Of a DNA stretch of 60,000 nucleotides, positions 25,540 through 37,979 are shown one piece after another. Each line of letters begins with the position of its first letter. Positions within the stretch are counted from its first letter, which is position 1. Under the pieces are notes generated by a model. The model was not told where the DNA came from. It saw only the letters and a list, made by a program, of their open reading frames with translations, and did no database searches. The stretch comes from Malacoraja senta (Eukaryota): the NCBI GenBank assembly GCA_038087875.1, contig CM075996.1, positions 808,001 to 868,000 of the forward strand, in the 5' to 3' direction. The translations under genes and the position numbers were made by a program.

Positions 25540-26975
25540 GGTTCAAGGACATGATGGTCGTAGGAAAGTAGCTGAACCTGAACCTGGTGGGGTTGTGCTT
25601 CAGACTTTTGTACTTCATGCCCAAGTGTAGCAGCATAGCAACGAGAAGAGGACACAGCACGCATGGTTGGGATTCTTGATGATAGATAATAATAATAATA
25701 ATAATAAATTTTATTTATGGGCGCCTTTCAAAAGTCTCAAGGACACCTTACAAAATTTTAACAAATAGTGTAAAAACATGTAAGCAGAATAAAATAAATA
25801 GTAAAGACATCACGAGTACACAAATTAAAAACAGAATTCAATCCGAAAACACAAATCAAAAACACAATATGAAAGAGAGAGCAGCGGCAGCTAAAGCGCG
25901 CCAGCGTCCACTCTCCCTTCCGGCAGCCATCTTGGACAGAAAGTAAAACAATAATTTACACACAAAAATCATCCCCCCACAATGATTACCACTGTGGGGG
26001 AAGGCACAGTGTCCAGTCCCCAACCCCAGTTCTCCCGAAGTCAGGCCGATTGAGGCCTCCACAGTTGCCTCTACGGAGGCCCGATGTTCCTGGCCGTTCT
26101 CGCCGGGTGCTGTTGCCCCGGCGTCGGGAGAGTCCTCACAGCGGCTGGGACGGCTGGAACGGACGATTCTAGAGGCACCTTCTAGAGGCCACCTTCTGGA
26201 GGCAGAGCCTCATGTAGATGCTTTCAATGGTGGGAAGGGCTGTGCTCATGATGCACCGGGCCAGTTTCACCACTTTCTGACACCTCTTGCATATCAGTGC
26301 GATATAATTGCTGGACCAAGCAAGCAATCATGATGCTTTCAACAGTGTTTGTTAGAGTATTTGGTGACATGACAAATTTCTTGAAACTTCTATGAATATA
26401 AAGGCGCTAGTGCGCCTTCTTTCTGTTTACATATATGTGGTGGGCAGATCTTCTGAGATGTTAATGCCTAGGAATTTGAAGCTGCCAAATCTATCCATTA
26501 CTGAGCCACCAATGAAAACTGTCACAAGGTCTCCCTATTTCCTCTTTTTGAAGTCAACATTTAGTTCCTAGTGGAGGAAGGAACTGCAGATGCTTGTTTA
26601 TACCAAAGATAGACACAATGTGACTCCGTGTCAGGCAGCATCTGTGGAGAAAAAGGATGGGTAATGTTTTGGGTTGGAACCCTCCTTCAGACAGAATTAG
26701 TTCCTTGGTTTTGATTGCGTTGAGAGGGAGGTTGTTATGGCAGCATCAGTCACCAGGTGTTCAGTTTTTTGCCTGTACGCTGCCTCAAACCACCTGTAAT
26801 CGGCCAACAATGATGGTGTTATTGGCAAATTTGTAGGAGCTGTGCTTAGCCACACAGTCATGGGTGTAAAGAGAGCACAGCATGGGGCTAAGCATGCAGC
26901 CTTAAGGTGCATCTGCAGATGGTCAGTGAGGAGGAGATGTTGTTACAGATCCCAACTGATTGAGACCTGCCGATG
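25540..26975 (-). mobile_element. Rex/Babar-like LINE fragment interrupted by an (AAT)n-tailed element (about 25688-26200) and a PLE terminal repeat (about 26573-26692)
   Basis: Degraded G.P.GC.LSP.L..L.THDC region near 26850-26910; (aat)n aaattttatttatgggcgcctttcaa insert; PLE repeat gaactgcagatgc...cttcagac. Confidence 0.7.
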
Positions 26976-27575
26976 AAATGATTGCAATAGCACTTTCCTC
27001 TCCACTTCTCTTTCTCCTTTCATCAGAGCATTCTGGCCAAATATCAGGGTTGTGCAACTGACCCCATGGTTTAACAAGGTGCCAATCAAACCCAGTGACA
27101 TTATTGCAGTTGATCCTGCTAGTGTCTGATATACATTGTGTCAGAATGTATGAATGACAACTCCTTAAATTGGATCATCAGACCTCTCTCTTGAATAAAG
27201 TTTTGTTCCACGACAGCTGACTTAGTTGTTGCTTTGCCCTTATGCACAAGTAACAAAGTATTCTAATTCTGTAGTGCAAATTAATAGTAATTACTCGGGA
27301 ATTAGTAATGTGTTTTATTTCTGGTCACTGCTCTCAGGTGTACACTATTATGATGGGCACCATATGGTATTTTATAACTTTTATATTTGCTGATCAGCAC
27401 TGTCCTCCAGAGGTGAAAGGCTGATGCAAAATTATAGTAATCCTCAACCTTGGCCTCAATGGTGGAAAAAATATTGGGAGCCTGCTAGTTGCTAGTGATT
27501 TTTTGATAGGTACTTGCTGATGGTGTGGAATCATGGCTGTGAACTGACCAGCATTTTTCTTTTTGTGTGTTTCAG

Positions 27576-27597
27576 GTTACAGAACAAAAAACCAAAG
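27576..27597 (+). CDS. TNRC6B: TNRC6B 22-nt microexon (VTEQKTK + G)
   Basis: polypyrimidine tract then tttcag|GTTACAGAACAAAAAACCAAAG|gtgaga; bridges phase 0 to phase 1 between neighbouring exons. Confidence 0.9.
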
Positions 27598-27689
27598 GTG
27601 AGAGACTTTGTTTTGGAAGCAGACACATTTCTATCTATATCTGTGCGCACAGATGAACACAGAGAGAGTTCATTCATGAATATGTCCTT

Positions 27690-28494
27690 CAGCATATAAT
27701 CCTCCAACACTTTCGCCACCTCCAACGGAATCCCACTACTGGCCACATCTTCCCATCTCCACCTCTTTCTGCTTTGCGCAGAGACCGTTCCCTCCACAAC
27801 TCCTTGGTCAACTCATCCATTCCCAACCAAACCACCCCCTCCCCAGGTACCTTCCCCTGCAACCGCAGGAGATGCAACACCTGTCCCTTTACCTCCCACC
27901 TCGACTCCATCTAAAGACCCCGACAGTCTTTTCAGGTTAGGCAGAGGTTTACTTGCACCTGCTCCAACCTCATCTACTGTATCCCTGTTCTAGGTGTCAA
28001 CTTCTGTACATCAACAAAGCGCAGGCTCGGCAATCGCTTCGCTGAACACCTCCGCTCAGTCCGCCTAAACCTACCTGATCTCCCGGTTGCTCAGCACTTC
28101 AACTCCCCCTCCCATTCCCAAGCTGACCTTTCTGTCCTGGGCTGCCTCCATTGTCAGAGTGAGGCCCAGCGCAAATTGGAGGAACAGCACCTCATATTTC
28201 GCTTGGGTAGCTTACACCCCAGCGGTATGAACATTGACTACTCAACTTCAAATAGCCCTTGTTTTCCCTCTCTCTCTATCCCCACCCCCTTCCCAGTTCT
28301 TCCACCAGTCTTCCGGTCTCTGACTACTTTCTATCTCTGTTCCTCCCAGTCTCACCTGACATCAGTCTGAAGAAGGGTCTCGACCCAAAACGTCACCCAT
28401 TCCTTCCCTCCAGAGATGCTGCCTGTCCCGCTAAGTTACTCCAGCATTTTGTGTCTACCTTCGATTTAAACCAGCATCTGCAGTTCTCTCCTAC
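27690..28494 (+). mobile_element. Penelope-like element 3' fragment (GIY-YIG region plus terminal repeat)
   Basis: Colinear with 19460-20280; EEQHLIFRLGSLHPSGMNI; hammerhead-like core at 28367 with GAAA changed to AAAA. Confidence 0.92.
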
Positions 28495-31403
28495 TCGTAC
28501 ACCAGTGGTGTTAGTCTTCTCAACTTTTTAAGGCTCTTGCTTTCTGCTCTTTTAAATGTTTAGTTTTCAGGTGAGTATTTGGAATGTGATCAGTGCAGGT
28601 AACCAGCATTAGTTATTTCATTCTCTATCCCTTCTCTTCCCTTTAGGACTGCTACTACCCAGATACATATATAATAGGATCCTAATTATAGCATCTTCAA
28701 CCACGTGCCACATGAGTTAGCTGTGTCAGAATCGAGAGGGTTGAATGACTTAATGTTTCATCACCCATTGCTTTTACTTGCTGGAATTTTGAGCAGTTTA
28801 TTTAAGCATCTTCTATTTTGACATTGTGCAAGCCAACAATTACTTCTGAATGAATCACATTTTTAAGGGAAACTGGACAAATGTTGCTAATAACCTTTTA
28901 TATCAAAGAATATCGCTGGGAATGCTTGTGAACTCAACTGTGCATTTAAAATCTATAAATTAATTTGCAATATCTGACTTTTAATATACTAAAAACATTA
29001 AATGTGAAGAAGGAATTTGATTGTATGGTAAGGAAGCAATCCTTTCCCTCAGGAGGCGGAATCCAGTTCAAGGGAATATAACCGTGGCATTTGAGGTAAC
29101 CTAGTTAAAAATCAATTCCAGAAGAAGCAATTTTGTTCAAGTCGGGTGCTGATGTGGAGTGCACTGATTCAAAAGGCTATTGATACTGAAGCATTTAAAA
29201 GAAGTTCAAAACATAAGTATGAAGATGGGGAAAGAAAGTTAAAGTGGGTCAAAACGAGCTGCCATCACAACCAATTGGAAATTAGATTTGATGGACTGAA
29301 CAGAGGAATTTCTATTCCTGTGTAAAGACTGATGGGGTCCACATTGTGCTCTGTAGATAATGTAATACATTTGGAGAGATTGGTGTCCCTTTTTCACCCT
29401 GGGTCTCATACAGTGTTGGAAAAGGCTTTGAAAACAAACATGTTTTCATATCTTGGTATTGCTTTGTCATAAAATGTCCAGTTTGCAAGAGCATACACAG
29501 TTTCAATTTAAAAATTCAATTTATGCAATATGGAGTCATCTTTTTATGCTGGATGGAGTCCCTGCAGCTGCGATTCTGCAGTGCTACCTATTGTGTTACT
29601 GTGCCACCTTGAAGATAGGAGCCACCTGGCTGTTTGTTGCAGTTATTTTGCCTTCTGTGTGTATTTTCCGCATAGGGATGCACTGTTACGTGGAAGGGAT
29701 TTAATGGGCTTTTCTCATTAGCTTCATATGGCATCCTATCTTAAAATTGAATTCTGGACTGTGTTATCAGCTGGTAGATGTATATTTCGATTTTTGCAAA
29801 AATGTATGTAATTGTCAGGTGCCCAATAAATCTAAGAAAGACAAGGTACAATCTATAATGGGTGTTCGACACCTTGGGCAGATTTTTATTTATGATTTCA
29901 ACCTTGATGCACATTGTATCCATTAAATAGTCATCATCCTTAAAGCTGGATTCTGTAAACCATTTCTCCTTGTGGATGTCTGGGTTACATATTTTAAAAT
30001 CCATGGGTTTTGTACAAGAAGCTGTAAATATAGCTGTGAATTTAGCTGTTGGTAGTCCAGGGTTTGTTTCCTCGTTCTTTACCCTCTTGCACCCTTCTCC
30101 GTTTCTAACTGAAATGTCTTAACTCTCAAATTCTCTTCCAGATTTATGCTTTTTCCCCCCTTCTCTGTCCATTATATGTTCAAAACGTTATCCCATTTCA
30201 TGGTCCCTGTCTTTGTTAGGTTTGGGCCTGTCTTAATGGGGAAGCCACTAAAACATGAGGCTTGAAAACAAACGCTTTTGCAGCAAGTGATGGACAAAGG
30301 AGTGGATAAAGAGTGTCATCTTTGTGCTGATGCTGCAGAACTCCTCGAGCTGGCTAAGGGTAGTGATAATTAAAGACTGAAGAGCTGATCATCAGCCACA
30401 ATTGGTAAAGAAGGAAAACATAGAAAGTGGCAGGAGTAGGATATTCAGTCTTTTGAGGCTGCTTTGCCATTTAGTAAGATTATGACATACTTTCTGCCCA
30501 AACTGCAAATAAAAGCTTGGAGATTAGAAGAAATTGCTGGAAGTCTTTGAAAATGTCAGTTTGCAACAGGAGTAAAAGTGGGAGGTAAATTGCTGTTTGA
30601 GATAGTTACTGATCTGTGTGTTTCCAGCTTTTTCCAATTTATTCCTTATCGCTGAGAGGTTCAATAGTTTCTCTGCATTAATGCTTGAGTGATATCAGCA
30701 CTCCAGATTTAAATGAACATTCTGAAATCCCATTTGGCGGGGTGGTGGTAAGTGCAAGGAAATCAGTCGTAGATTTTCTGTAAGTGAGTGCTGTTGATAA
30801 CACGGCTTACACCTTTAGTCTCTGATAAATCCCATTTTCATCTTTCTGACTGCTAATCCATAAATTATTTGTGCAGATGGCTCGTGTTAATATTTACTCG
30901 GTTGGCAGCTTTTGGAACTGTTTTGCTTGTGACTCTAAACTTGCACAATATTGTTAGCAGTTCTTATTCCTATTCTAAATGAATTTGATTGGCATTAATA
31001 CGTACACCCCACAGATTAGGTGCATGTGGAATAATTGCCTAAAGTAGTAAAAACAGCAGCACAGTCTTGCAGAGGCTGAACAAAAATGTAGTATCTTTGG
31101 CCTACAGTTGCTTAATATAGTTCAATGAATTTGTCAAAAAAGCCTTGAGCATCTTGCCTATTTTACAGTTATACAAAGTTAGTATAGCTTGAAAATGTAC
31201 CATTTCACGCTCCTATTTGAGGTGGGTGACTGTTGTACAATTATTAGTTTCCAAGCCCAATGTTCCCAGGTAACTACATTTTAATAAATGATCAATTTAA
31301 CTGATGTGTAGCTGGAAGAAAAATTGCATTCATATAGTATTTTTTTTAATTTCAAGAAACCCCCAAGACCTTTGTAGCTAATGACTTAATATTTATGTGT
31401 AAA

Positions 31404-33307
31404 CTAGACCAAGTGCAGACCCGTTGGGTCCAGTTCTCCCAATGCAATATTCCACCAATCTAAAAATGCGCGGCTGATGGACCCGCACTACGCAGGCGCG
31501 ACTGCCGCGTTCAAAGTTGTGCCGTTGATGGCAGAAATTAAGTTAAAGTTAAAGTGAATGGAGGACCCGTGGAGACATTTGTAAAATAGAATGAAACTTA
31601 CCCGTGGAGCTGTTGTGAGGCCAGGCAAGGAAAAAAAAAATGGCGATCTGAAAATCGTCAAAGGCGCCAACTGCGCAGGCGTGGATGCCGGGCCCACTAC
31701 GCACGCGTGGAGCGACGATGTCATTTTGCATCACTGCCACGTCACCGGCGTGATTGTCAATTGTGACGTGGCTGACGGGCCCCTCCCAACTGCGCAGGCG
31801 CAGCCGGCAAGTGGGAGTGCTGTTTTAAGTTAATTTAAGTTTAAAATGTCAATAACTTGAAAAATATAACATCAATCTGAACGAAACGTGGCTAATGCAC
31901 ATCACAGGACAATGATGAGTAAGGTGGGCCTAAAATTGTAGCGCTATCGTATACCGTTTTGGCGGAGTTTCGGGAACACACATATATACAAACAAACAAG
32001 ATGAGAGTTTTAGTAATAAAACAACCAAGATGAGAGATTTAGTAATAAAAAAAAAACGAAACCAAGTGGGACCCGATGGGTTCCTGTCATATCGGAGGGC
32101 TGGGCCCGAACGCAGTATTCCACCACTCACCCATAGCCCCCAACTGCGCAGGCGCGGCTCATTTACCCTCATCCCCAGCACTCCCTCCCCCTCCTCTTTA
32201 CCTTCCCTCTTCTTTCCCCTCTCCTCCTCCCCCACTCCCTCACCTCTCCTTCCCTCTCATTTCCCCTACCTTCAGTCACTCCCTCCCTTCCTCCATAACC
32301 CATTTCCCCTCCCTACCCCCCTCCTCTCCCTCTATCTACCTGCTCCCCCACTCCTCACCTCTCCCCTATCCCACTCCACCACCAAACATAATGTTTAAAT
32401 AACATTAAACATACAATAGACAATAACAGACAATACTAAGGACTTTTGATGTATACAGTGTCTTGTCTATGGTCTTTGTCTGTTCTTTTGCACTATGTAT
32501 TGTTGGTGAGATTTGTGATTTGTGATGTGGTATGGATGCACTTTATTACTATGATCTGTGTTGTTATCAGTGTTAATGTGACTAAAGCAGTGTACCATCA
32601 TGTACCGAACCCAAATACCAACAACCCTGGTCGTGTGGCAAATAAAGATTCTATCCTATCCTATCCTAAACAACAATCCTCCCCTCCCCCAATTTCTCCC
32701 TCTCCTTACAACAATGTAACACATCTCATTGCACTGGGAGTCCTGTCTCCCCTCCCCACTCCCTCTCCTTACAACAGTGCAACAAAACCCTCATTGGGTG
32801 TACTGTCATTTGGTAACATTGTAACAGGCAGGGCAAGTTTTAAAGTGAAAAGTTTGATTTTTAAAGTGAAAGGTTAATTTTTTTAAGTTTAAAATATAAC
32901 ATCAATCTAAATGGAATGCTGCTGTGTTTTTTAAAACTGACTTTTTAAAAATGTAAATGAGATCCCATTGTGACATCATTGTGGGGTGGGACATTGCTGA
33001 CGGGCAGTTTATGTAAATGAGATCCCATTGTGACATCATAGCTGCTAACTGCCAGTGCAAGTTCAAGTGATTTTTCTCAAACTGGATTTTGTAAAGTTTA
33101 AAATGCGAATAACTTGTAAAATATACCATCAATCTGAAAGAAACCTGATACACCACACACCAGGACAATGGTGAGTAAAGTGGACCAAAAATTGTTGTGC
33201 TATCATGTACCGTTTTGCATGGCTCCGGGAGCACACACACACAGACATAGAAACAAACAAGATGAGAGTTTTTGGAATATAATAATAGATAGATATATAG
33301 ATATAGA
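31404..33307 (-). mobile_element. Two head-to-tail non-autonomous Helitron units (about 31404-32050 and 32056-33307)
   Basis: Minus strand starts A|TCtatatct..., ends hairpin gacccaacgggtc + CTAG|T; subterminal aacaaacaagatgagagtttt shared by both units; second degenerate 3' end accaagtgggacccgatggg at about 32061. Confidence 0.78.
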
Positions 33308-33732
33308 TTATTGTTGTAATACTGGTTGAGATACTGCTCATGAGGTAAAATTGCATCTAGAATGTAGTGCTTGTGGTAGTTCATCATTCCTTCAAAGCTT
33401 GGTTGAGATGTTAGCCTATGTTGTGTGCTAAGGTTCTGGAGCAGGCTATGAGCCCACATTTCTTTGAGACAGAATTACACTTAAGCTGCTTTTCTTCATG
33501 GCCAGTGCACTCAGCAGAGTTGGATCTTGTCTGTACTTGTTTTGGCTGATCCTTGTCAATCCTTCATTACTTTGAAAATATTTAGTTAGACGAGCCTTTA
33601 ATCTTTAATTAAATCTGGTAAAATATTAGTTTTTTTTTCCTTTCTAATCCTGAGGAAATTAAAGGTCCTTTCTATATTTGCATATATATCTGAATTTCCA
33701 ATGGCTAATTGTTGTAAACATTTTTTCCCCAG

Positions 33733-34071
33733 TGCCCGAAGCGACGAAGCCAAGCTTAAGCCAGCCTCCAACTGCCACCTCAGTTGGCAGTGTTTCAACA
33801 CCAGCCGGCAACGGTGGTAACAATGCCAAAAGGGCGGTGGCCACCAACGGCCAGCCACAGAACGCCGCCCGCTATCTGCCCCGTGAGGTGCCTCCTCGAT
33901 TTCGCCAGCAAGAGCACAAAGTGTTACTAAAACGTGGTCAGCCCCCTCCGCCTTCCTGTGGACTTCTTGGAGGTGGGGCGGGGCCTCCTGGGTTGCCGGG
34001 ATCAAACCCCGGCACTGCACAACCATTGACGCAACCCAACGGTCCACTGCAGCACGGCAGTACACCAGTGG
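33733..34071 (+). CDS. TNRC6B: TNRC6B coding exon (339 nt) with [12 protein letters not shown] motif
   Basis: ccccag|TGCCCGAA...CCAGTGG|gtaagt; within ORF 33678..34079; [12 protein letters not shown]...[15 protein letters not shown]. Confidence 0.95.
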
Positions 34072-34139
34072 GTAAGTAGGTGGTATTCATTCTCAGCTTC
34101 TGATGGTTTTATTGGAAAAGTCAATATCAAAGGTGAAAC

Positions 34140-34468
34140 TCGAAAGAATGGTGAATATTAGATCACTTTTCAAGGTTCTTAAACTGAGTTTGCAGTAGCA
34201 GTACTGTAAGACCTTGTTCAATTCTAGTGAACAAGCTCTGTTCAAGACCGCAAGAAATTACAGACAGTTGTAGATGAAATCCAGCAATTGCACAGACCAG
34301 ACACTCTACCCCTGACACCATCTACCCTTCATACTGCCTTTGCTCTCTATTGTACTCCAGTTTCACTTGATTGTATTTATGTATAGTAGTATCTGATCTG
34401 ATTGGATAGCAAGCATAATAAAGTTGTTCACTGTACTTAGTTACACATGACCATAATAAACCTAAACT
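34140..34468 (+). mobile_element. Rex/Babar-like LINE 3' remnant
   Basis: caagaccgcaagaaattacagacagttgtagat (QDRKKLQTVVD); tail cactgtac...acatgaccataataaacctaaac. Confidence 0.6.
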
Positions 34469-35025
34469 TGGTGATACTTTCTTGAGACAAGGTCATGCAT
34501 CAAAGGAGATAAAAAAAGAGTGAAATCCTTGTGTGCACAATGCACAGATTCTGTTTCCTGACCCAGTGGAATTACCGATTTTTGGTACTCATTTATAGAA
34601 ATACTGGATAGAAACTCACCAACTGAGGACAAACCATAAATGTGAGCATATCTTGACACATAATACCTCTAGAAGAAAAGCATTAAAGAGACAGTTATTG
34701 TTGCCAATCTCATGACGGTGGTTGCAGCAAGCTGTACTGTCTGGGATTTTTCTCCTTTCCAGGATGGCTCTCGAGGTATTCAATTACACAGAGGCAGATA
34801 ATCATAATTATTTCCCCCGATGGCGATTCGTTTTTCAAGTAATTATTTATTATGGACAATAGTTGGCCACTTGATTTAGTGCAAGATTAACAAAAAACAC
34901 CAAATCAACATTTGGAGAGGGAAATTAGACTGGGTGGCATATTGGCATAACGGTAGAACTGCTGCCTCACAGAGCCAGAGACTGCTTCAATCCTGAGTAA
35001 GAGTGCGCTCTGTGCGGAGTTTGTA

Positions 35026-36794
35026 CAGTGCCCTCCATAATGTTTGGGACAAAGACCCATCATTTATTTATTTGCCTCTGTACTCCCCAACTTGAGATTT
35101 GTAATAGAGAAAATCACAAGTGGTTAAAGTGCACATTGTCAGATTTTAATAAAGACCATTTTATACATTTTGATTTCACCATGTAGAAATTTATACAAAG
35201 TCCCCCATTTCAGGGCACCATAATGTTTGGGATACAGCAATGTCAAGTAAATGAAAGTAGTCATGTTTAGTATTTTGTTGCATATCCTTTGCATGCAATG
35301 ACTGCTTGAAATCTGCGATCCATGGATATCACCAGTTGCTGGGTGTCTTCTCTGATGATGCTCTGCCAGGCCTGTATTGCGGCCATCTTTAGCTTATGCT
35401 GGGCTAGTCCCCTTCAGTTTTCTCTTCAGCATATAAAAGGCATGTTCAATTGGGTTCAGATCACGTGGTTGACTTGGCCATTAAAGAATTGACCATTTTT
35501 TAGCTTTGAAAAACTCCTTTGTTGCTTTAGCAGTATGTTTGGGATCATTGTCTTGCTGTAGAATGAACTGCCGGCCAATGAGTTTTGAGGCATTTGTTTG
35601 AACTTGAGCAGACCGACAATAGGTGCAGGAGTAGGCCATTTGGCCCTTCGAGCCAGCACCGCCATTCACTGTGATCATGGCTGTTCATCCACAATCAGTA
35701 CCCCGTTCCTGCCTTTTCCCCATATCCCCTGACTCCGCCATCTTTAAGAGCTCTATCCAACTCTCTCTTGAAAACATACATAGAATTGACCTCCACTGCC
35801 TTCTGAGGCAGAGAATTCCATAGATTCACAGCCCTCTGTGTGAAAACGTTTTTCCTTATCTCTGTTCTAAATGGCCTGCCCCTTATTCTTAAACTGTGTC
35901 CCCTGGACTCCCCCAACATCGGGAACATGTTTCCTGCGTCTAGATAGGATGTCTATACACTTCAGAAATCATTATGCTACTACCATCAGCAGTTGTATCA
36001 TCAATGAAGATAAGTGAGCCAGCACCTTCAGCAGCCATACATGCCCAGACCATAACACCCCCACCACCGTGTTTCACAGATGAGGTGGTATGCTTTGGAT
36101 ATTGGGCAGTCCTTCTCTCCTCCATACTTTGCTCTTGCCATCACTCTGATATAAGTTATTTTTCGTCTCATCTATTCACTAAACCTTTTTCCAGAACTGT
36201 GGTTGCTCTTTTAAGTACTTTTTGGCAAACTGTAACCTGGCCATTCTATTTTGCATCTTGCAGTGTAGCCTCTGTATTTCTGTTCATGAAGTCTTCAGTG
36301 GTCATTGACAAATTCACACCTGACTCCTGAAGAGTGTTTCTGATCTGCCGGACAGGTGTTTTGGGATTTTCTTTATTATAGAGAAAATTCTTCTGTCATT
36401 AGCTGTGGAGGTCTTCCTTGGCTTGCCAGTCCCTTTGCGATTAGTAAGCTCACCAGTGCTTTCTCTCTTCTTAACAATGTTCCAAACAGTTGATTTTGGT
36501 AAGCCTAAGGTTTGGCTGATGCCTCTAACAGTTTTATTCTTGTTTCTCAGTCTCATAATAGTTTCTTTGACTTTCATTGGCACAACTTTGGCCCTCATGT
36601 TAATAAACAGCAATAAAAGTTTCCAAAGGTGATGGAAAGACTGGAGGAAAGACTAGATGCTGAGAGCTCTCTTATACCTGCATTAAGGAGGCAATTAAAC
36701 ACACCTGAGCAATTACAAACACCTGTGAAGCTATGTGTCCCAAACATTATGATGCCCTGAAATGGGGGGACTATGTATAAACACAGCTGCACTG
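35026..36794 (-). mobile_element. Tc1-family (IR/DR type) transposon, defective
   Basis: TA|cagtg...cactg|TA; transposase pieces VKHGGGGVMVWAC, QQDNDPKHTAK; outer and inner direct repeats ccataatgtttggga. Confidence 0.93.
35613..35942 (-). mobile_element. CR1 3' fragment nested in Tc1
   Basis: FPMLGESRGHSLRIRG...FTQRAVNLWNSLP; interrupts Tc1 sequence that is contiguous in the second copy (gagcagataggatg at about 59105). Confidence 0.9.
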
Positions 36795-37979
36795 TATGTT
36801 GTCCCTGTGACCGCGTGGGTTTCCTTCGGGTGCTTTTATATCCTCCCACATACTAATGACGTGTGGGTTTGTAGGTTAACTGGTCTCTGTAAATTGTCCC
36901 TGGTGTGTAGGACATAGAGCTGGTATATAGGTGATTGATGGTCGGTGTAGACCTGAATCCACCTTGATAGAAACGTAGAACACATCATTCTACATCGATT
37001 ATTTTCACTTAACTAACCTAACCAGATCCAGTCTAGGGTTTTTGAGAGCCTAATTGGACAAATTCATTATAACTTGAAGTTCAAATGTTCAAATCCTGGC
37101 TACCGATGAAATGACAGGAATCAATCAAATTTTGCATTGTTGTGGCCACATTTCCTCTTTGTTTTATCACGCCAACAATGATTTGTTCATGGGATTATTA
37201 TTCTGCATGTTCACGGTTGGCTCAAAGTTCAATCAGTCAGCCCCCCGGAGATGCCAGCTGCTGAAATATAATGGGTAACAGTCTCAAGATGGTGGCAATT
37301 AATTAATGCTGTTTGCTGAGTAACCAAGATTTAGTTAGGATTACAAGCTTTCTTCATTAACGACCATTGTTTACTTCATACTACCATACTTCAAGATGGT
37401 TTCAGGTTTCTTGAATCTATAATCATAGAGTCACAGTCATTCAGCTCGGAAACAGACCTTTCAGCCCAACGTCCATGCCACCAAACGCTGTTTCGAAGCT
37501 GTCCTATTTCATCATGTTTGGCCCATATCCCTCTAAACCTTTCCTATCTCTGTAGCTGTCCACGCATTTTTTAAATGTTGTTATTGTACCTGGCTCAACT
37601 GCTTTCTTTGGCAGCTCTATTCCCCTGCTTATGTTCCTCTCATGATATATACCTCTATAAGATCATCCCTGAGCCTCCTGTGCTCCAAGAAATAAAGTGC
37701 TAGCAATAGTATTTAACTTGCATGTAAACATTTCTCATGGTTAACAGTGTTCAAGATTAATTTTCCTCTCTCTGATTTTTATTTTCAAAAATTAAATGAT
37801 TAATTTTATCAGGTTGTGTGTTGGTAGATTTTACTTTTCCTTCTCTTCTGAATGTCATACCCAGAAGTATATATTATCAAAGTGTCAATTGTGTTGAAAA
37901 TTGGTTTTAAAAAGCCATTCAAATATAAATGTACATTTTTCTTGGAGATCTTTAAGATGTTTTTTTTTTTTTTTTCTAG

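Larger units (their letters stand above)
34932..36955 (+). mobile_element. tRNA-derived SINE split by Tc1 insertion (34932-35025 and 36795-36955)
   Basis: gctgcctcacagagccagagac...ggagtttgTA then TAtgttgtccctgtgaccgcgtgggtttcc...; homologous to SINEs at 52480-52780 and 53205-54144. Confidence 0.8.

Noticed and set aside
32446..33459. 143-aa and 185-aa ORFs
   Set aside because: Low-complexity translations of Helitron and repeat-tail sequence with no recognisable domain.
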